Assembly (NCBI GenBank): GCA_036406615.1
Contig: DASXAQ010000103.1
Coordinates: 71,202 to 135,201 of the forward strand
Source: Actinomycetota bacterium
Lineage (GTDB): Bacteria; Actinomycetota; UBA4738
DNA length: 64,000 nucleotides
Direction: 5' to 3'
Position 1 is the stretch's first letter. The number at the start of each line of letters is the position of its first letter. The notes beneath the pieces were generated by a model. That model ran no database searches, had not been told where the DNA came from, and was given only the letters and a program-made list of their open reading frames with translations. Both the position numbers and the translations under genes were made by a program. Of this stretch, positions 1-8,723 are shown piece by piece.

Positions 1-94
1 GGAGGCCATGGGCGCGGCGTCGCGTCCGCACGACTTCTCGCTGATGCTCGAGCAGGCCGGCATCCGGACGAACACCGTTCCCTCCGGCATCTGA
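1..94 (+). CDS. 3' end of an upstream CDS cut by the window edge; product not assignable (...EAMGAASRPHDFSLMLEQAGIRTNTVPSGI*)
   Basis: Open frame (phase starting at nt 2) running from the window edge to TGA at 92-94. Third codon positions are GC-rich. Too short to identify. Confidence 0.3.
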   Translation, partial: EAMGAASRPHDFSLMLEQAGIRTNTVPSGI

Positions 95-136
95 GCCCCC
101 GGCCGCCGATCGCGGCCCTCCCACGCACCTCGTAGG

Positions 137-1099
137 ATGGCCTTCTTCGATCGTTCCTCAGGAGGCGCCGTGCGCGTAACCGTCGTCGGAAGTGGGTTCG
201 TGGGAGCCACCACGGCCATGCGCGTCGTGCAGAAGGGCCTTGCCGACGACGTGGTGATGATCGACGTCGTCGAAGGGCTGCCGCAGGGGCTGGCGCTGGA
301 CATGCGCGAGTCGGCCCCGGTGGAGAGCTTCGAGCCCGCCGTGCGCGGCACGAACGACTACGCCGACACCGCCGGCTCGGACGTCGTGGTCATCACCGCC
401 GGGCTGCCGCGCCAGCCGGGCATGAGCCGGATGGACCTGCTGGACAAGAACGCGGCCATCATGCGAAGCGTCGTCGGTGAGGTCTCGACGCATTCGCCCG
501 ACGCCATCCTGATCGTGGTGACGAACCCCCTGGACGAGATGACGTTCCTGGCTTCCGAGCTGTCGGGATTCCCGCACGAGCGCGTGATGGGGATGGCCGG
601 CGTCCTCGATTCGGCCCGGCTTCGCTACTTCATCGCCGAGGAGCTCGGCGCCTCGCCCCGAGCCGTAGAGGCCATGACGCTGGGGTCCCACGGGGAGTCC
701 ATGGTCCCGCTGCCGCGCCACGCCACGGTCGACGGCAAGCCGCTGACCGACCTGGCCGACGACGCGACGCTCGAGCGCCTGTACCAGCGGACCCGAGACG
801 GCGGCGCCGAGATCGTCGGCCTCCTCAAGAAGGGAAGCGCGTACTACGCGCCGTCGGCATCGATCGCGCAGATGGTGAACGCCATCGCCGGCGACACGCG
901 CGAGGTGCTGCCCGTGTGCGCGTGGTGCACCGGTCAGTACGGGATCCAGGACGTGTACGTGGGCGTGCCGGCCCGTCTGGGGCGCCGCGGGATCGAGGAG
1001 ATCGTGGAGCTCGACCTGAACCAGGACGAGCTGGCGGCGCTGCGGGCGGCCGCCGAGGGCATCCGCGCCAAGTGCGCGGACCTGGCGAACCTGACGTAG
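137..1099 (+). CDS. mdh: Malate dehydrogenase (LDH/MDH family, NAD-dependent)
   Basis: N-terminal GSGFVGATTA Rossmann motif, a TNPLD motif and LDH/MDH-like length (320 aa). Complete ORF with ATG at 137. Confidence 0.9.
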   Translation: MAFFDRSSGGAVRVTVVGSGFVGATTAMRVVQKGLADDVVMIDVVEGLPQGLALDMRESAPVESFEPAVRGTNDYADTAGSDVVVITAGLPRQPGMSRMDLLDKNAAIMRSVVGEVSTHSPDAILIVVTNPLDEMTFLASELSGFPHERVMGMAGVLDSARLRYFIAEELGASPRAVEAMTLGSHGESMVPLPRHATVDGKPLTDLADDATLERLYQRTRDGGAEIVGLLKKGSAYYAPSASIAQMVNAIAGDTREVLPVCAWCTGQYGIQDVYVGVPARLGRRGIEEIVELDLNQDELAALRAAAEGIRAKCADLANLT

Positions 1100-1112
1100 G
1101 AGGACAGGCGAG

Positions 1113-2129
1113 ATGAGCGACGAGCTGGCTTCGACCGCGCGGGCGATGGTGGCGCCCGGCAAGGGCATCCTGGCGGCCGACGAGAGCACCGGGACGATCG
1201 AGAAGCGATTCACGAGCATCGGGGTCGAGTCGACCGAGGACAACCGCCGCGCATACCGGGAGATGCTGTTCACGGCCAAGGGCCTGGGCGACCACATCAG
1301 CGGCGTGATCCTGTTCGACGAGACGATCCGCCAGTCCACCGCAGACGGCACGTCGTTCGTGGACGTGCTGCGCACGGCGGGCATGATCCCCGGCATCAAG
1401 GTCGACACCGGCGCGAAGCCGCTCGCGCGATTCCCGGGCGAATCCGTGACCGAAGGGCTGGACGGCCTGCGCGGGCGCCTGGAGGAGTACCGGGGACTTG
1501 GCGCACGGTTCGCGAAGTGGCGCGCCGTCATCGCGCTCGGGCCGGGGCTGCCGACGGCCGGCTGCATCCAGGCGAACGCGCACGCGCTTGCTCGGTACGC
1601 TGCGCTGTGCCAGGAGGCCGGGCTGGTTCCGATGGTGGAGCCGGAAGTCCTGATGGACGGCGACCATTCGATCGACGTGCACGAGGCGGCCACCGAGTGG
1701 ACGCTGAATGCCGTGTTCGACGAGCTGTACGCGCAGCGCGTGGACCTCGAGGGCACGATCCTCAAGACGAACATGGTGCTGTCCGGCAAGGAGGCCGCGC
1801 AGCAGGCCGGCGTGCAGGAGGTCGCAGAGCGGACGCTGCACTGCCTGCGCGCCACGGTTCCGCCCGCGGTGGCGGGCATCGCGTTCCTGTCCGGCGGGCA
1901 GGCGGACGTGCCCGCGACCGCACACCTGGACGCGATGAACCGGACGGGTCCGCACCCGTGGGAGCTCTCGTTCTCGTACGGGCGCGCGCTGCAGGCGCCG
2001 GCGCTGAAGGCGTGGGCCGGGCACTCGGCCAACGCGGAACAGGGGCAGCGCGCGCTGCTGCACCGCGCTCGGTGCAACGGCGCGGCGCGTTCCGGGACGT
2101 ACTCGCAGGACATGGAGAACGCCGCCTGA
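1113..2129 (+). CDS. fba: Fructose-bisphosphate aldolase, class I
   Basis: GKGILAADES hallmark of class I FBP aldolase. The strong SD TAGGAGGA (1097-1104) overlaps the mdh stop. Length 338 aa. Confidence 0.9.
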   Translation: MSDELASTARAMVAPGKGILAADESTGTIEKRFTSIGVESTEDNRRAYREMLFTAKGLGDHISGVILFDETIRQSTADGTSFVDVLRTAGMIPGIKVDTGAKPLARFPGESVTEGLDGLRGRLEEYRGLGARFAKWRAVIALGPGLPTAGCIQANAHALARYAALCQEAGLVPMVEPEVLMDGDHSIDVHEAATEWTLNAVFDELYAQRVDLEGTILKTNMVLSGKEAAQQAGVQEVAERTLHCLRATVPPAVAGIAFLSGGQADVPATAHLDAMNRTGPHPWELSFSYGRALQAPALKAWAGHSANAEQGQRALLHRARCNGAARSGTYSQDMENAA

Positions 2130-2983
2130 TGAGCTCCGCGCGCGAGGTCCCGGCGCAGGAGATCACCCGCGTCGTGCGCGAGCTGTGCATGGAGATCTGC
2201 TACAAGGTGCCGCCCGAGATGGTCGAGTTGATGCGACGCGCTCGCGAGCGTGAGGAGTCGCCGCTCGGCCGCCAGATCCTGGACCAGCTGATCCGCAACC
2301 AGGACATCGCCGCGGAGGGCGAGTACCCGTACTGCCAGGACACCGGCTACACGGTCGTGTTCCTCGAGCTCGGTCAGGACGTGCACGTGACCGGCGGCGA
2401 CCTCTACGACGCCATCGATCGCGGCGTCGCCGACGGGTACACCGACGGGTACCTGCGCGGCTCGATCGTTCGCGACCCCCTGTTCGACCGCAAGAACACC
2501 GGCGACAACACGCCCGCGTTCGTGCACACGCGGGTGGTGCCGGGGGACCAGATCCGCATCCAGGTGGACGCGAAGGGCGCCGGCAGCGAGAACATGGGCA
2601 AGCACGCCATGCTCAAGCCGGCCGACGGCATCGAGGGCGCGAAGGCGTTCGTGCTTCGCGCCGTTGCTGAATCCGGACCCAACGCGTGCCCGCCGGGGAT
2701 CATCGGCGTCGGGATCGGCGGCAACTTCGAGATGTCGGCGGTGATGGCGAAGCGGGCCCTCATGCGCAAGGTCGGCCAGCCGAACCCGGACCCGAACGTC
2801 GCCGAGCTGGAGGCCGAGCTGTTCGACAAGTGCAACGCGCTCGGTCTGGGGCCGGAGGCGCTCGGCGGGACGCAGACGGTGCTCGCCGTGCACGTGGAAA
2901 CGATGCCGACGCACATCGCGTCGCTCCCCGTCGCCGTGAACATCGAATGCCATGCCCACCGCACCGGCGCGCGGGTGATCTGA
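2129..2983 (+). CDS. Fumarate hydratase class I (Fe-S hydro-lyase), alpha subunit of a split two-gene enzyme
   Basis: The product (MSSAREVPAQEI...CQDTGYTVVF...) matches the N-terminal catalytic part of class I fumarase / tartrate dehydratase alpha. The start is at codon 205 of track ORF 1517..2983 and overlaps the fba stop (TGATG). Confidence 0.8.
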   Translation: MSSAREVPAQEITRVVRELCMEICYKVPPEMVELMRRAREREESPLGRQILDQLIRNQDIAAEGEYPYCQDTGYTVVFLELGQDVHVTGGDLYDAIDRGVADGYTDGYLRGSIVRDPLFDRKNTGDNTPAFVHTRVVPGDQIRIQVDAKGAGSENMGKHAMLKPADGIEGAKAFVLRAVAESGPNACPPGIIGVGIGGNFEMSAVMAKRALMRKVGQPNPDPNVAELEAELFDKCNALGLGPEALGGTQTVLAVHVETMPTHIASLPVAVNIECHAHRTGARVI

Positions 2984-2986
2984 GCG

Positions 2987-3592
2987 ATGGCCGTCGAAGC
3001 GCTGAGCGACGGACGCAAGCGGGTGACGCCCCCGCTTGACGACGACGACGTCCGCGCGCTGCAGGCCGGAGACGTCGTGGTGGTGTCCGGGGTCGTCTAC
3101 GCGGCTCGCGACGCCGCGCACAAGCGGATGGTCGAGCTGCTGGACGCCGGCGAGCCGCTGCCGTTCGATCCCGTCGGACAGATCGTCTACTACGTGGGAC
3201 CCACGCCTGAACGGCCGGGCAACGTCATCGGCTCGGCCGGCCCAACCACGGCGAGCCGCATGGACAAGTACACGCCCCGGCTGTTGGAGCTCGGCCTGAA
3301 GGGGATCATCGGCAAGGGCGGGCGGGGACCGGGCGTCCGGGACGAGCTGGCGAAGCGCACGGCGGTCTACATGGCGGCGCTCGGCGGCGGCGGCGCGCTG
3401 GCGGCGCTGGCCGTCCGCTCGCAGCGAGTCATCGCGTTCGAGGACCTCGGCACCGAATCGATCCGCGCGATCGAGATGGACGACTTCCCCGCCTGGGTGG
3501 TCAACGACGCCGGCGGACGCGACTTCTACCAGGAGACGGTTCGCCCGTGGCGGCGCAACGAGGAGCTTCCCGAGGAGCTTCGGCTCTCGTGA
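2987..3592 (+). CDS. Fumarate hydratase class I, beta subunit (Fe-S hydro-lyase beta)
   Basis: A 201-aa product 3 nt after the alpha subunit. The GIIGKGGRG and DFPAWVVND-type motifs fit the class I fumarase C-terminal domain. Confidence 0.8.
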   Translation: MAVEALSDGRKRVTPPLDDDDVRALQAGDVVVVSGVVYAARDAAHKRMVELLDAGEPLPFDPVGQIVYYVGPTPERPGNVIGSAGPTTASRMDKYTPRLLELGLKGIIGKGGRGPGVRDELAKRTAVYMAALGGGGALAALAVRSQRVIAFEDLGTESIRAIEMDDFPAWVVNDAGGRDFYQETVRPWRRNEELPEELRLS

Positions 3593-3835
3593 GCGACCCG
3601 GCCGACGGCGAGCCCGGCGCCGAACACCACCGGCCCGGGGACCGCGGCTCGCCCCGTCAGGCGATCTCCAACTGGCGCGAGTATCAGGCGACGTTCGGCA
3701 CGAAGCTCGGCTTGGCCGCGCGCAATCTGTCGGTGCGTCTGCGGGGCCGAAGCTGTTGCGGGCATCCGGGCCAACCCGGTTGTTGACAGGTTCCCCACGA
3801 GGCTCCCGGTCGGGAGCCGTGAAGCCGAAGCGGCG

Positions 3836-4765
3836 CTAGGCGCCGGGGCGTTCGCTGTCGGCGGCGTCGAGCAGGTTCGCCGCCCGGCCCTTGCCGAGCA
3901 GCATCGACAGGAACCCCCACGCCGCCATCGTGGGGCGCCGTCCGCGCAGCACCTCGATCTCGATGCGCCGGCGGATCGGGAACCCGGCGACGCGACCGGT
4001 CTGCAGCAGCTTCTGCTGGACCTCGAGCCGGGACGCGTTCTCCGACACGATCGCCACGCCGAGACCCGACGCGACCGCCCGCTTGATGGCCTCGGCCGAC
4101 TCCAGCTCCATCGCCGGGCGAAGGCGGATGCTGCGCTCGCCGAGCCAGCGGTCGATCGCCTGGCGCGTTCCCGAGCGCGGCGGCGGCGCGATGAAGGGTT
4201 CGTCCAGGAACTGCTCGAGCGAGATGCGGCGTTTCCCCGACACGTTCGCGCTGCGCGACCAGATCGGGATCAGGTCGTCGGTGGCCAGACGCGTCGCCTC
4301 CACGCCCTCGGGCCGATCGTGCTCCCCGACGATGGCCAGGTCGACCTCGCGCGCGAGCAGGCGCGCGTCGATCTCCGAGGCTCCGGCGATCTCGATGCGG
4401 ACCTGGACGTCGGGATGCTGCTCGGTGAACGAGCCCAGCAACCCGGGCACGAGGTACGCGCCCGGCGTCGGGCTGGCGCCCACCAGCAGGCGCCCGCGCC
4501 GCAGGCCGCGAAGCTCCTCGGCCGTCTGGTCGGCCTCCTCCAGCGCTGCCAGCGCCGCCCGGCCCCGCTCTGCCAGCATGTGCGCCGCTTCGGTCGGAAC
4601 GCGGCGTCGGCCGGCGCGCTCGAACAGCGGGATGCCCGCCTCGCGCTCGAGCGCGGCCATGTGCTGCGATACGGCGGGCTGCGAAAGCTTCAATCTGGCC
4701 GCGGCCGCGGTGAACGTCCCGTTCTCGAGGACGGCGACCAGCACGCGGAGGTGGTCGAGGTTCAC
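3836..4765 (-). CDS. LysR-family transcriptional regulator
   Basis: N-terminal HTH (LDHLRVLVAVLENGTFTAAAARLKLSQPAVSQHMAALE) followed by a LysR substrate-binding domain. GTG start. Confidence 0.85.
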   Translation of the reverse strand: MNLDHLRVLVAVLENGTFTAAAARLKLSQPAVSQHMAALEREAGIPLFERAGRRRVPTEAAHMLAERGRAALAALEEADQTAEELRGLRRGRLLVGASPTPGAYLVPGLLGSFTEQHPDVQVRIEIAGASEIDARLLAREVDLAIVGEHDRPEGVEATRLATDDLIPIWSRSANVSGKRRISLEQFLDEPFIAPPPRSGTRQAIDRWLGERSIRLRPAMELESAEAIKRAVASGLGVAIVSENASRLEVQQKLLQTGRVAGFPIRRRIEIEVLRGRRPTMAAWGFLSMLLGKGRAANLLDAADSERPGA

Positions 4766-4876
4766 GGGCAGATCATAGCCGGGCGCGCGGGGTGCGCGGT
4801 AGATGTTTCGCCGTGGTTATCGCATGGTGGAGACGCGCGTGGACGCGGGCGCGCGCTTCGGTGAGAACGCGCTCGG

Positions 4877-5440
4877 CTAGAAGGGGACGGGCGAGGGTGG
4901 CGGTGCCACGCCGGGCGCGAACAGGGCATGCTGCCAGTCACAGGGGGGGAGACTGTCGGCCGGGGCTTCGGGCCCGCGCGGCGGGCCGGGGATCTGCGTC
5001 CCGGGCGCGACCTGCAGAACGCCGTCGACGATCTTCGATCCGAACCGGTCAAGGCCGCGCGGGGCCGGGCCGGCCAGGTACGCGCCGTTCTCGGCGAACT
5101 TGGAACCCGTTCCCGGATCCTCGAAGAGGTTCTGGCCGGGACACCAGGCCACCGGCGTCGTGCCATCCGGCTCGAATGCTCGAAGGGCGATGACGGTGGA
5201 GCCGCGCCGGACCACGAACATCGGCGTGATCTGGAGGTTCGCGGGGTTGACGCCCTCGCGCAGCTGGTCGACGGGGTATCCGCGGGCACCCCCGAGGCGC
5301 GCGACCAGCAGGCCCGAGGCGCCGGCGGCGATGGCGGCCACCGTCGCGGCCACCACCAGCCCGACCCGTCGGAGGCGTCGGTGGGTCACCGCGTGCGAGG
5401 CCATGCGGGCCGTCGCCGGTTCGAGCGTGGGGTGGGGCAT
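4877..5440 (-). CDS. Hypothetical membrane-anchored protein (N-terminal TM helix; possible degenerate Rieske-like domain)
   Basis: Third codon positions are GC-rich, consistent with coding. It has a hydrophobic anchor (LVVAATVAAIAAGASGLLVA) and a WCPGQNLFEDPGTGSKF segment that lacks the His ligands of a true Rieske centre. Start 5440, or alternatively 5404. Confidence 0.45.
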   Translation of the reverse strand: MPHPTLEPATARMASHAVTHRRLRRVGLVVAATVAAIAAGASGLLVARLGGARGYPVDQLREGVNPANLQITPMFVVRRGSTVIALRAFEPDGTTPVAWCPGQNLFEDPGTGSKFAENGAYLAGPAPRGLDRFGSKIVDGVLQVAPGTQIPGPPRGPEAPADSLPPCDWQHALFAPGVAPPPSPVPF

Positions 5441-5585
5441 CGCAGGGGCATCTGGATGGGGGCGACCATACCAACCTGGACATGGCTGCCAACCCCCGAC
5501 CCGTTGACGGTCTCAATTCGTACCGACACACTGTGTCGTGGCACGCCGACCGGCCCGCGCGGCGATCGCCGAGGAGGTGGCTCCG

Positions 5586-7028
5586 ATGCTCGGGTCGAGC
5601 GGGCGGTTGGACGGGGTGACACGCCCCGTGAAGCGTGCAAGCGTCATCCTGGCCGCCCTCGGCGCGGCCGCGTACATGCTGTCTGCGGGTCCCGGGCAGG
5701 CGGTGGTCGGGGCTCCGGCCCACGCCTCGTCACGCAGCGCGCGTCCGGCGACGGAAGGGCCGATCCAGCACGTCGTGGTGATCCTGCAGGAGAACCACAG
5801 TTTCGACAACGTGCTCGGAAAGTGGTGCGCGATCAACGCACGGTGCGACGGAGCCACGACGGGACTCCTGTCGGACGGCACCTCGATCAGCCTCCCGCCT
5901 GCGAAGGACATCGTCGGGCCGGCCCTGCATACGGTGCTCGCACAGCGGACGGCGATCGACGGTGGAAACATGGACGACTTCAACCTGGCCGGAAACTGTG
6001 GCCCGTCGACGGGCTTCGAGTGCTATCAGCAGTTCGACCCCACGCAGGTGCCGAACCTGGTGGCGCTTGCCGATCAGTTCGCGGTTTCGGACCGAACCTT
6101 CGAGTTCCGCACGACGCCGTCGTTCGTCGGGCACATGATCTTTGCTGCCGCGACCCAGGACGACTTTCAAGGGGACAACCCGCGCCACGTGCTGCCCGGC
6201 TTCTCGCGAGGACCCGGTTGGGGATGTGACTCGAACCTCGAGACGGGCTGGTCGTCCACCGGTCGGCCTCCGTACGTGCTGGTCCCGACCTGCGTGCCCG
6301 ACCAGTCCGGGAACGGGCCGGCGGTTCCATCGCCGGTCTCCTACGTGCCGACGATCTTCGATCGGCTGGATGCTGCCGGCCTGCGATGGATGCTGTACAG
6401 CGGGACCGGGCAACCGGGGACACCGACCGGCACCAGCGGCTACGGCTGGGGCATCTGTCCGACCTTCTACGAGTGTTTGAGCACCGAGGCCAGCCACTAC
6501 GTTCCCGCGAATCACATCCTCACCGCCGCGGCCGCGGGCACCCTGCCCTCATTCAGCGTCGTGACCCCGACCGGACCGCGGAGCCAGCACAACGGCGACT
6601 CCATGGCGGTCGGCGACAATTGGATCGGATCGGTCGTCGGGGCGATCGAGAACGGGCCCGACTGGGGAAGCACGGCGGTCTTCATCACGTACGACGACTG
6701 CGGCTGCTTCTACGACCATGTGAACCCGCTCCAGTACGACCCGAACTGGGGGATTCGGATCCCGATGGTCATCGTGAGCCCCTACGCGAGACCGGGATTC
6801 ACCGACAGCACGCCGGTGACCTTCCTCGGAATCCTCGCGTACGTCGAGCACCAGTTCGGGCTGCAGCCGCTGGTGCCCTCGGCAGATGGGGCTTCCTACG
6901 ATTTCTCGGACGCCTTCGACTACGATCAAGCGCCGATTCCCCCGGTGCCGATGACCTCCACCTCGATTCCTCCGTCGGAGCGTGAGTATCTGGGGGCTCA
7001 CCCGGTCGTCGGCAACGACCCCACGTGA
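5586..7028 (+). CDS. Secreted phosphoesterase of the phospholipase C / acid phosphatase (PlcN/AcpA) family
   Basis: HVVVILQENHSFDNVLG hallmark of the family plus a signal peptide. The SD GAGGAGGTGG (5571-5580) lies 5 nt before the ATG at 5586, which is codon 17 of track ORF 5538..7028. Confidence 0.8.
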   Translation: MLGSSGRLDGVTRPVKRASVILAALGAAAYMLSAGPGQAVVGAPAHASSRSARPATEGPIQHVVVILQENHSFDNVLGKWCAINARCDGATTGLLSDGTSISLPPAKDIVGPALHTVLAQRTAIDGGNMDDFNLAGNCGPSTGFECYQQFDPTQVPNLVALADQFAVSDRTFEFRTTPSFVGHMIFAAATQDDFQGDNPRHVLPGFSRGPGWGCDSNLETGWSSTGRPPYVLVPTCVPDQSGNGPAVPSPVSYVPTIFDRLDAAGLRWMLYSGTGQPGTPTGTSGYGWGICPTFYECLSTEASHYVPANHILTAAAAGTLPSFSVVTPTGPRSQHNGDSMAVGDNWIGSVVGAIENGPDWGSTAVFITYDDCGCFYDHVNPLQYDPNWGIRIPMVIVSPYARPGFTDSTPVTFLGILAYVEHQFGLQPLVPSADGASYDFSDAFDYDQAPIPPVPMTSTSIPPSEREYLGAHPVVGNDPT

Positions 7029-7149
7029 GTGGCCGCGCCCCGGATGGTCGCGACTGAATTCGGTACCGTCCGGGCAATCCGCTCCGGGAAGCCGTGCGTA
7101 CACCCGCACGTTCGAGGCGGTACCGTACCCGAGCCAGAGAGGGGGTTCC

Positions 7150-7785
7150 ATGAGACGGCCAGTCATGCGCGGGCTGATGCCGGCCGTCGCGCTTGCGATC
7201 ACGATGGTGCTGGCGTTCCAGGCCAGTGCCCTCGCCGCAACCGACACGGTGCAGATGGTGGGCAACTCGATCAGCACCTTCGCCTTTTCGCCGAAGCTGG
7301 CGAAGGCGAAGCTGGGCGACTCCGTCCAGTGGCAGAACACGTCGACGGCCACACCGCACACGGCCACGAACGACACGACGGATCCGTGGACGTTCGACAC
7401 CGGCATCCTGTCGGGTGGCGCGACCTCCGCCTCGTTCGCGTTCACCGCGGCGGGCACGTTCACGTACCACTGCAACATCCACCCCACGATCATGATGGGG
7501 TCGATCGGCGTCCCGATGAAGGTCAGCCCTGCTTCGGGCAGCGTTGGCAGCCCGTTCAAGATCCAGTGGGCGACCACGGCGCCGCCGGCGGGCCTGGTGT
7601 TCGACGTGCAGAAGAAGGACCCGGGCGGCACGTTCCAGCCGTGGCAGACGGGCGTCACCGTCCCGTTCATGCGGTTCACGCCGACGGTCGCCGGCACGTA
7701 CCAGTTCCGCGCCGACGTTCGCAACGCGAGCAGCGGTGTGACGAGCGGCTTCTCGCCCGGCAAGGCGCAGTTCACCGCTCACTGA
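7150..7785 (+). CDS. Secreted cupredoxin-domain (type 1 blue copper) protein
   Basis: Signal peptide MRRPVMRGLMPAVALAITMVLAFQASALA. Type 1 Cu ligand pattern H...YHCNIHPTIMMG (Cys-x2-His-x4-Met). SD AGAGGGGG upstream. The start is codon 57 of track ORF 6982..7785. Confidence 0.7.
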   Translation: MRRPVMRGLMPAVALAITMVLAFQASALAATDTVQMVGNSISTFAFSPKLAKAKLGDSVQWQNTSTATPHTATNDTTDPWTFDTGILSGGATSASFAFTAAGTFTYHCNIHPTIMMGSIGVPMKVSPASGSVGSPFKIQWATTAPPAGLVFDVQKKDPGGTFQPWQTGVTVPFMRFTPTVAGTYQFRADVRNASSGVTSGFSPGKAQFTAH

Positions 7786-7895
7786 GTCAAGTCGACGCGC
7801 GCACGGAGGGGTCGGGCCCGATCGGGGCCCGACCCCTCGCCCCGTCCGGACCCCTGATACCCGTAGGCGCGCCATCACGGCCAATCCGGGCGACT

Positions 7896-8723
7896 ATGCT
7901 CAAAGCCATGTCGGACATCTCCGTCGGGGAGGCGCTGGAGGGGTCAGAGGGACGCCGGGTCCCCCCGACCCGGCCCCCCCGAACCGGCCCCGCCACCCTG
8001 CGGCTCGATGCGTGGTGGCTGCAACCGCTGGTGACGGTCCTGGTGCTCGGCGGCTTCGTGATCTACGGGACGTGGGTGGCGTTCCAGAACGCGAACTACT
8101 ACGCCGACCCCTACATCTCGCCGTTCTACTCCCCGTGCCTGACGACGAACTGCACGGCGCCCGGCTGGTCGATCATCGGGTCGTGGTGGACCTGGTCGCC
8201 CGCGCTGCTGATCCTGCCGTTCCCGCTGGCGTTCCGGCTGACCTGCTACTACTACCGCAAGGCGTACTACCGCTCGTTCTGGTGGGCGCCTCCGGCGTGC
8301 GCGGTGCGCGACGCGCGGGCGGCCTACACGGGTGAGACGCAGTTTCCCCTGATCCTGCAGAACATCCACCGCTACGCGTTCTACCTGGCGCTGCCGTTCC
8401 CGGTGATCCTGACCTACGACGCCATCCGCGGCTTCTTCTTCCCGGACGGCTTCGGCATGGGGCTCGGCACGCTGATCCTGCTGGTGAACGTCACGCTGCT
8501 GTGGACGTACACGCTGTCGTGCCATTCGTGCCGCCACCTGGTGGGCGGCCACGTGGACGTCTTCTCGAAGGCGAAGGTGCGCTACTGGCTGTGGCGGCGC
8601 GTCTCGCTGCTCAACCTGCGACATGCCCTGTGGGCATGGCTCAGCCTGTTCGCCGTCGCGCTGACCGACCTGTACGTGCGTCTGGTGGCCTCCGGCGCCA
8701 TCCACGACCCGAGGTTCTTCTGA
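7896..8723 (+). CDS. Succinate dehydrogenase/fumarate reductase membrane anchor subunit (Cys/His-rich polytopic protein)
   Basis: Multi-TM protein immediately upstream of sdhA with a TGATG overlap at 8723, and the same frame and gene order as the actinobacterial anchor-sdhA-sdhB operons. The start is codon 290 of artefactual long ORF 7029..8723; alternative start 7908. Confidence 0.65.
   Translation: MLKAMSDISVGEALEGSEGRRVPPTRPPRTGPATLRLDAWWLQPLVTVLVLGGFVIYGTWVAFQNANYYADPYISPFYSPCLTTNCTAPGWSIIGSWWTWSPALLILPFPLAFRLTCYYYRKAYYRSFWWAPPACAVRDARAAYTGETQFPLILQNIHRYAFYLALPFPVILTYDAIRGFFFPDGFGMGLGTLILLVNVTLLWTYTLSCHSCRHLVGGHVDVFSKAKVRYWLWRRVSLLNLRHALWAWLSLFAVALTDLYVRLVASGAIHDPRFF

Noticed and set aside
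158-3121. 987-aa antisense ORF spanning mdh, fba and fumarase
   Set aside because: It lies opposite three strongly homologous genes. Its translation is Arg/His/Gly-rich and low-complexity, which is typical of an open wrong frame in 70% GC DNA.
3593-3835. Possible sRNA or terminator in the 243-nt spacer between fumarase beta and LysR (hairpin GGCTCCC-ggtc-GGGAGCC near 3803-3822)
   Set aside because: Only a short 7-bp stem, with no further conserved structure recognisable. It is probably just the LysR 3' terminator.
7029-7895. Upstream 289-codon extension of the SDH anchor ORF (7029..8723) that overlaps the cupredoxin gene in another frame
   Set aside because: The extension is His/Arg/Gly-rich with no TM helices. 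The cupredoxin frame has a signal peptide, an SD and Cu ligands. The real anchor begins at 7896.
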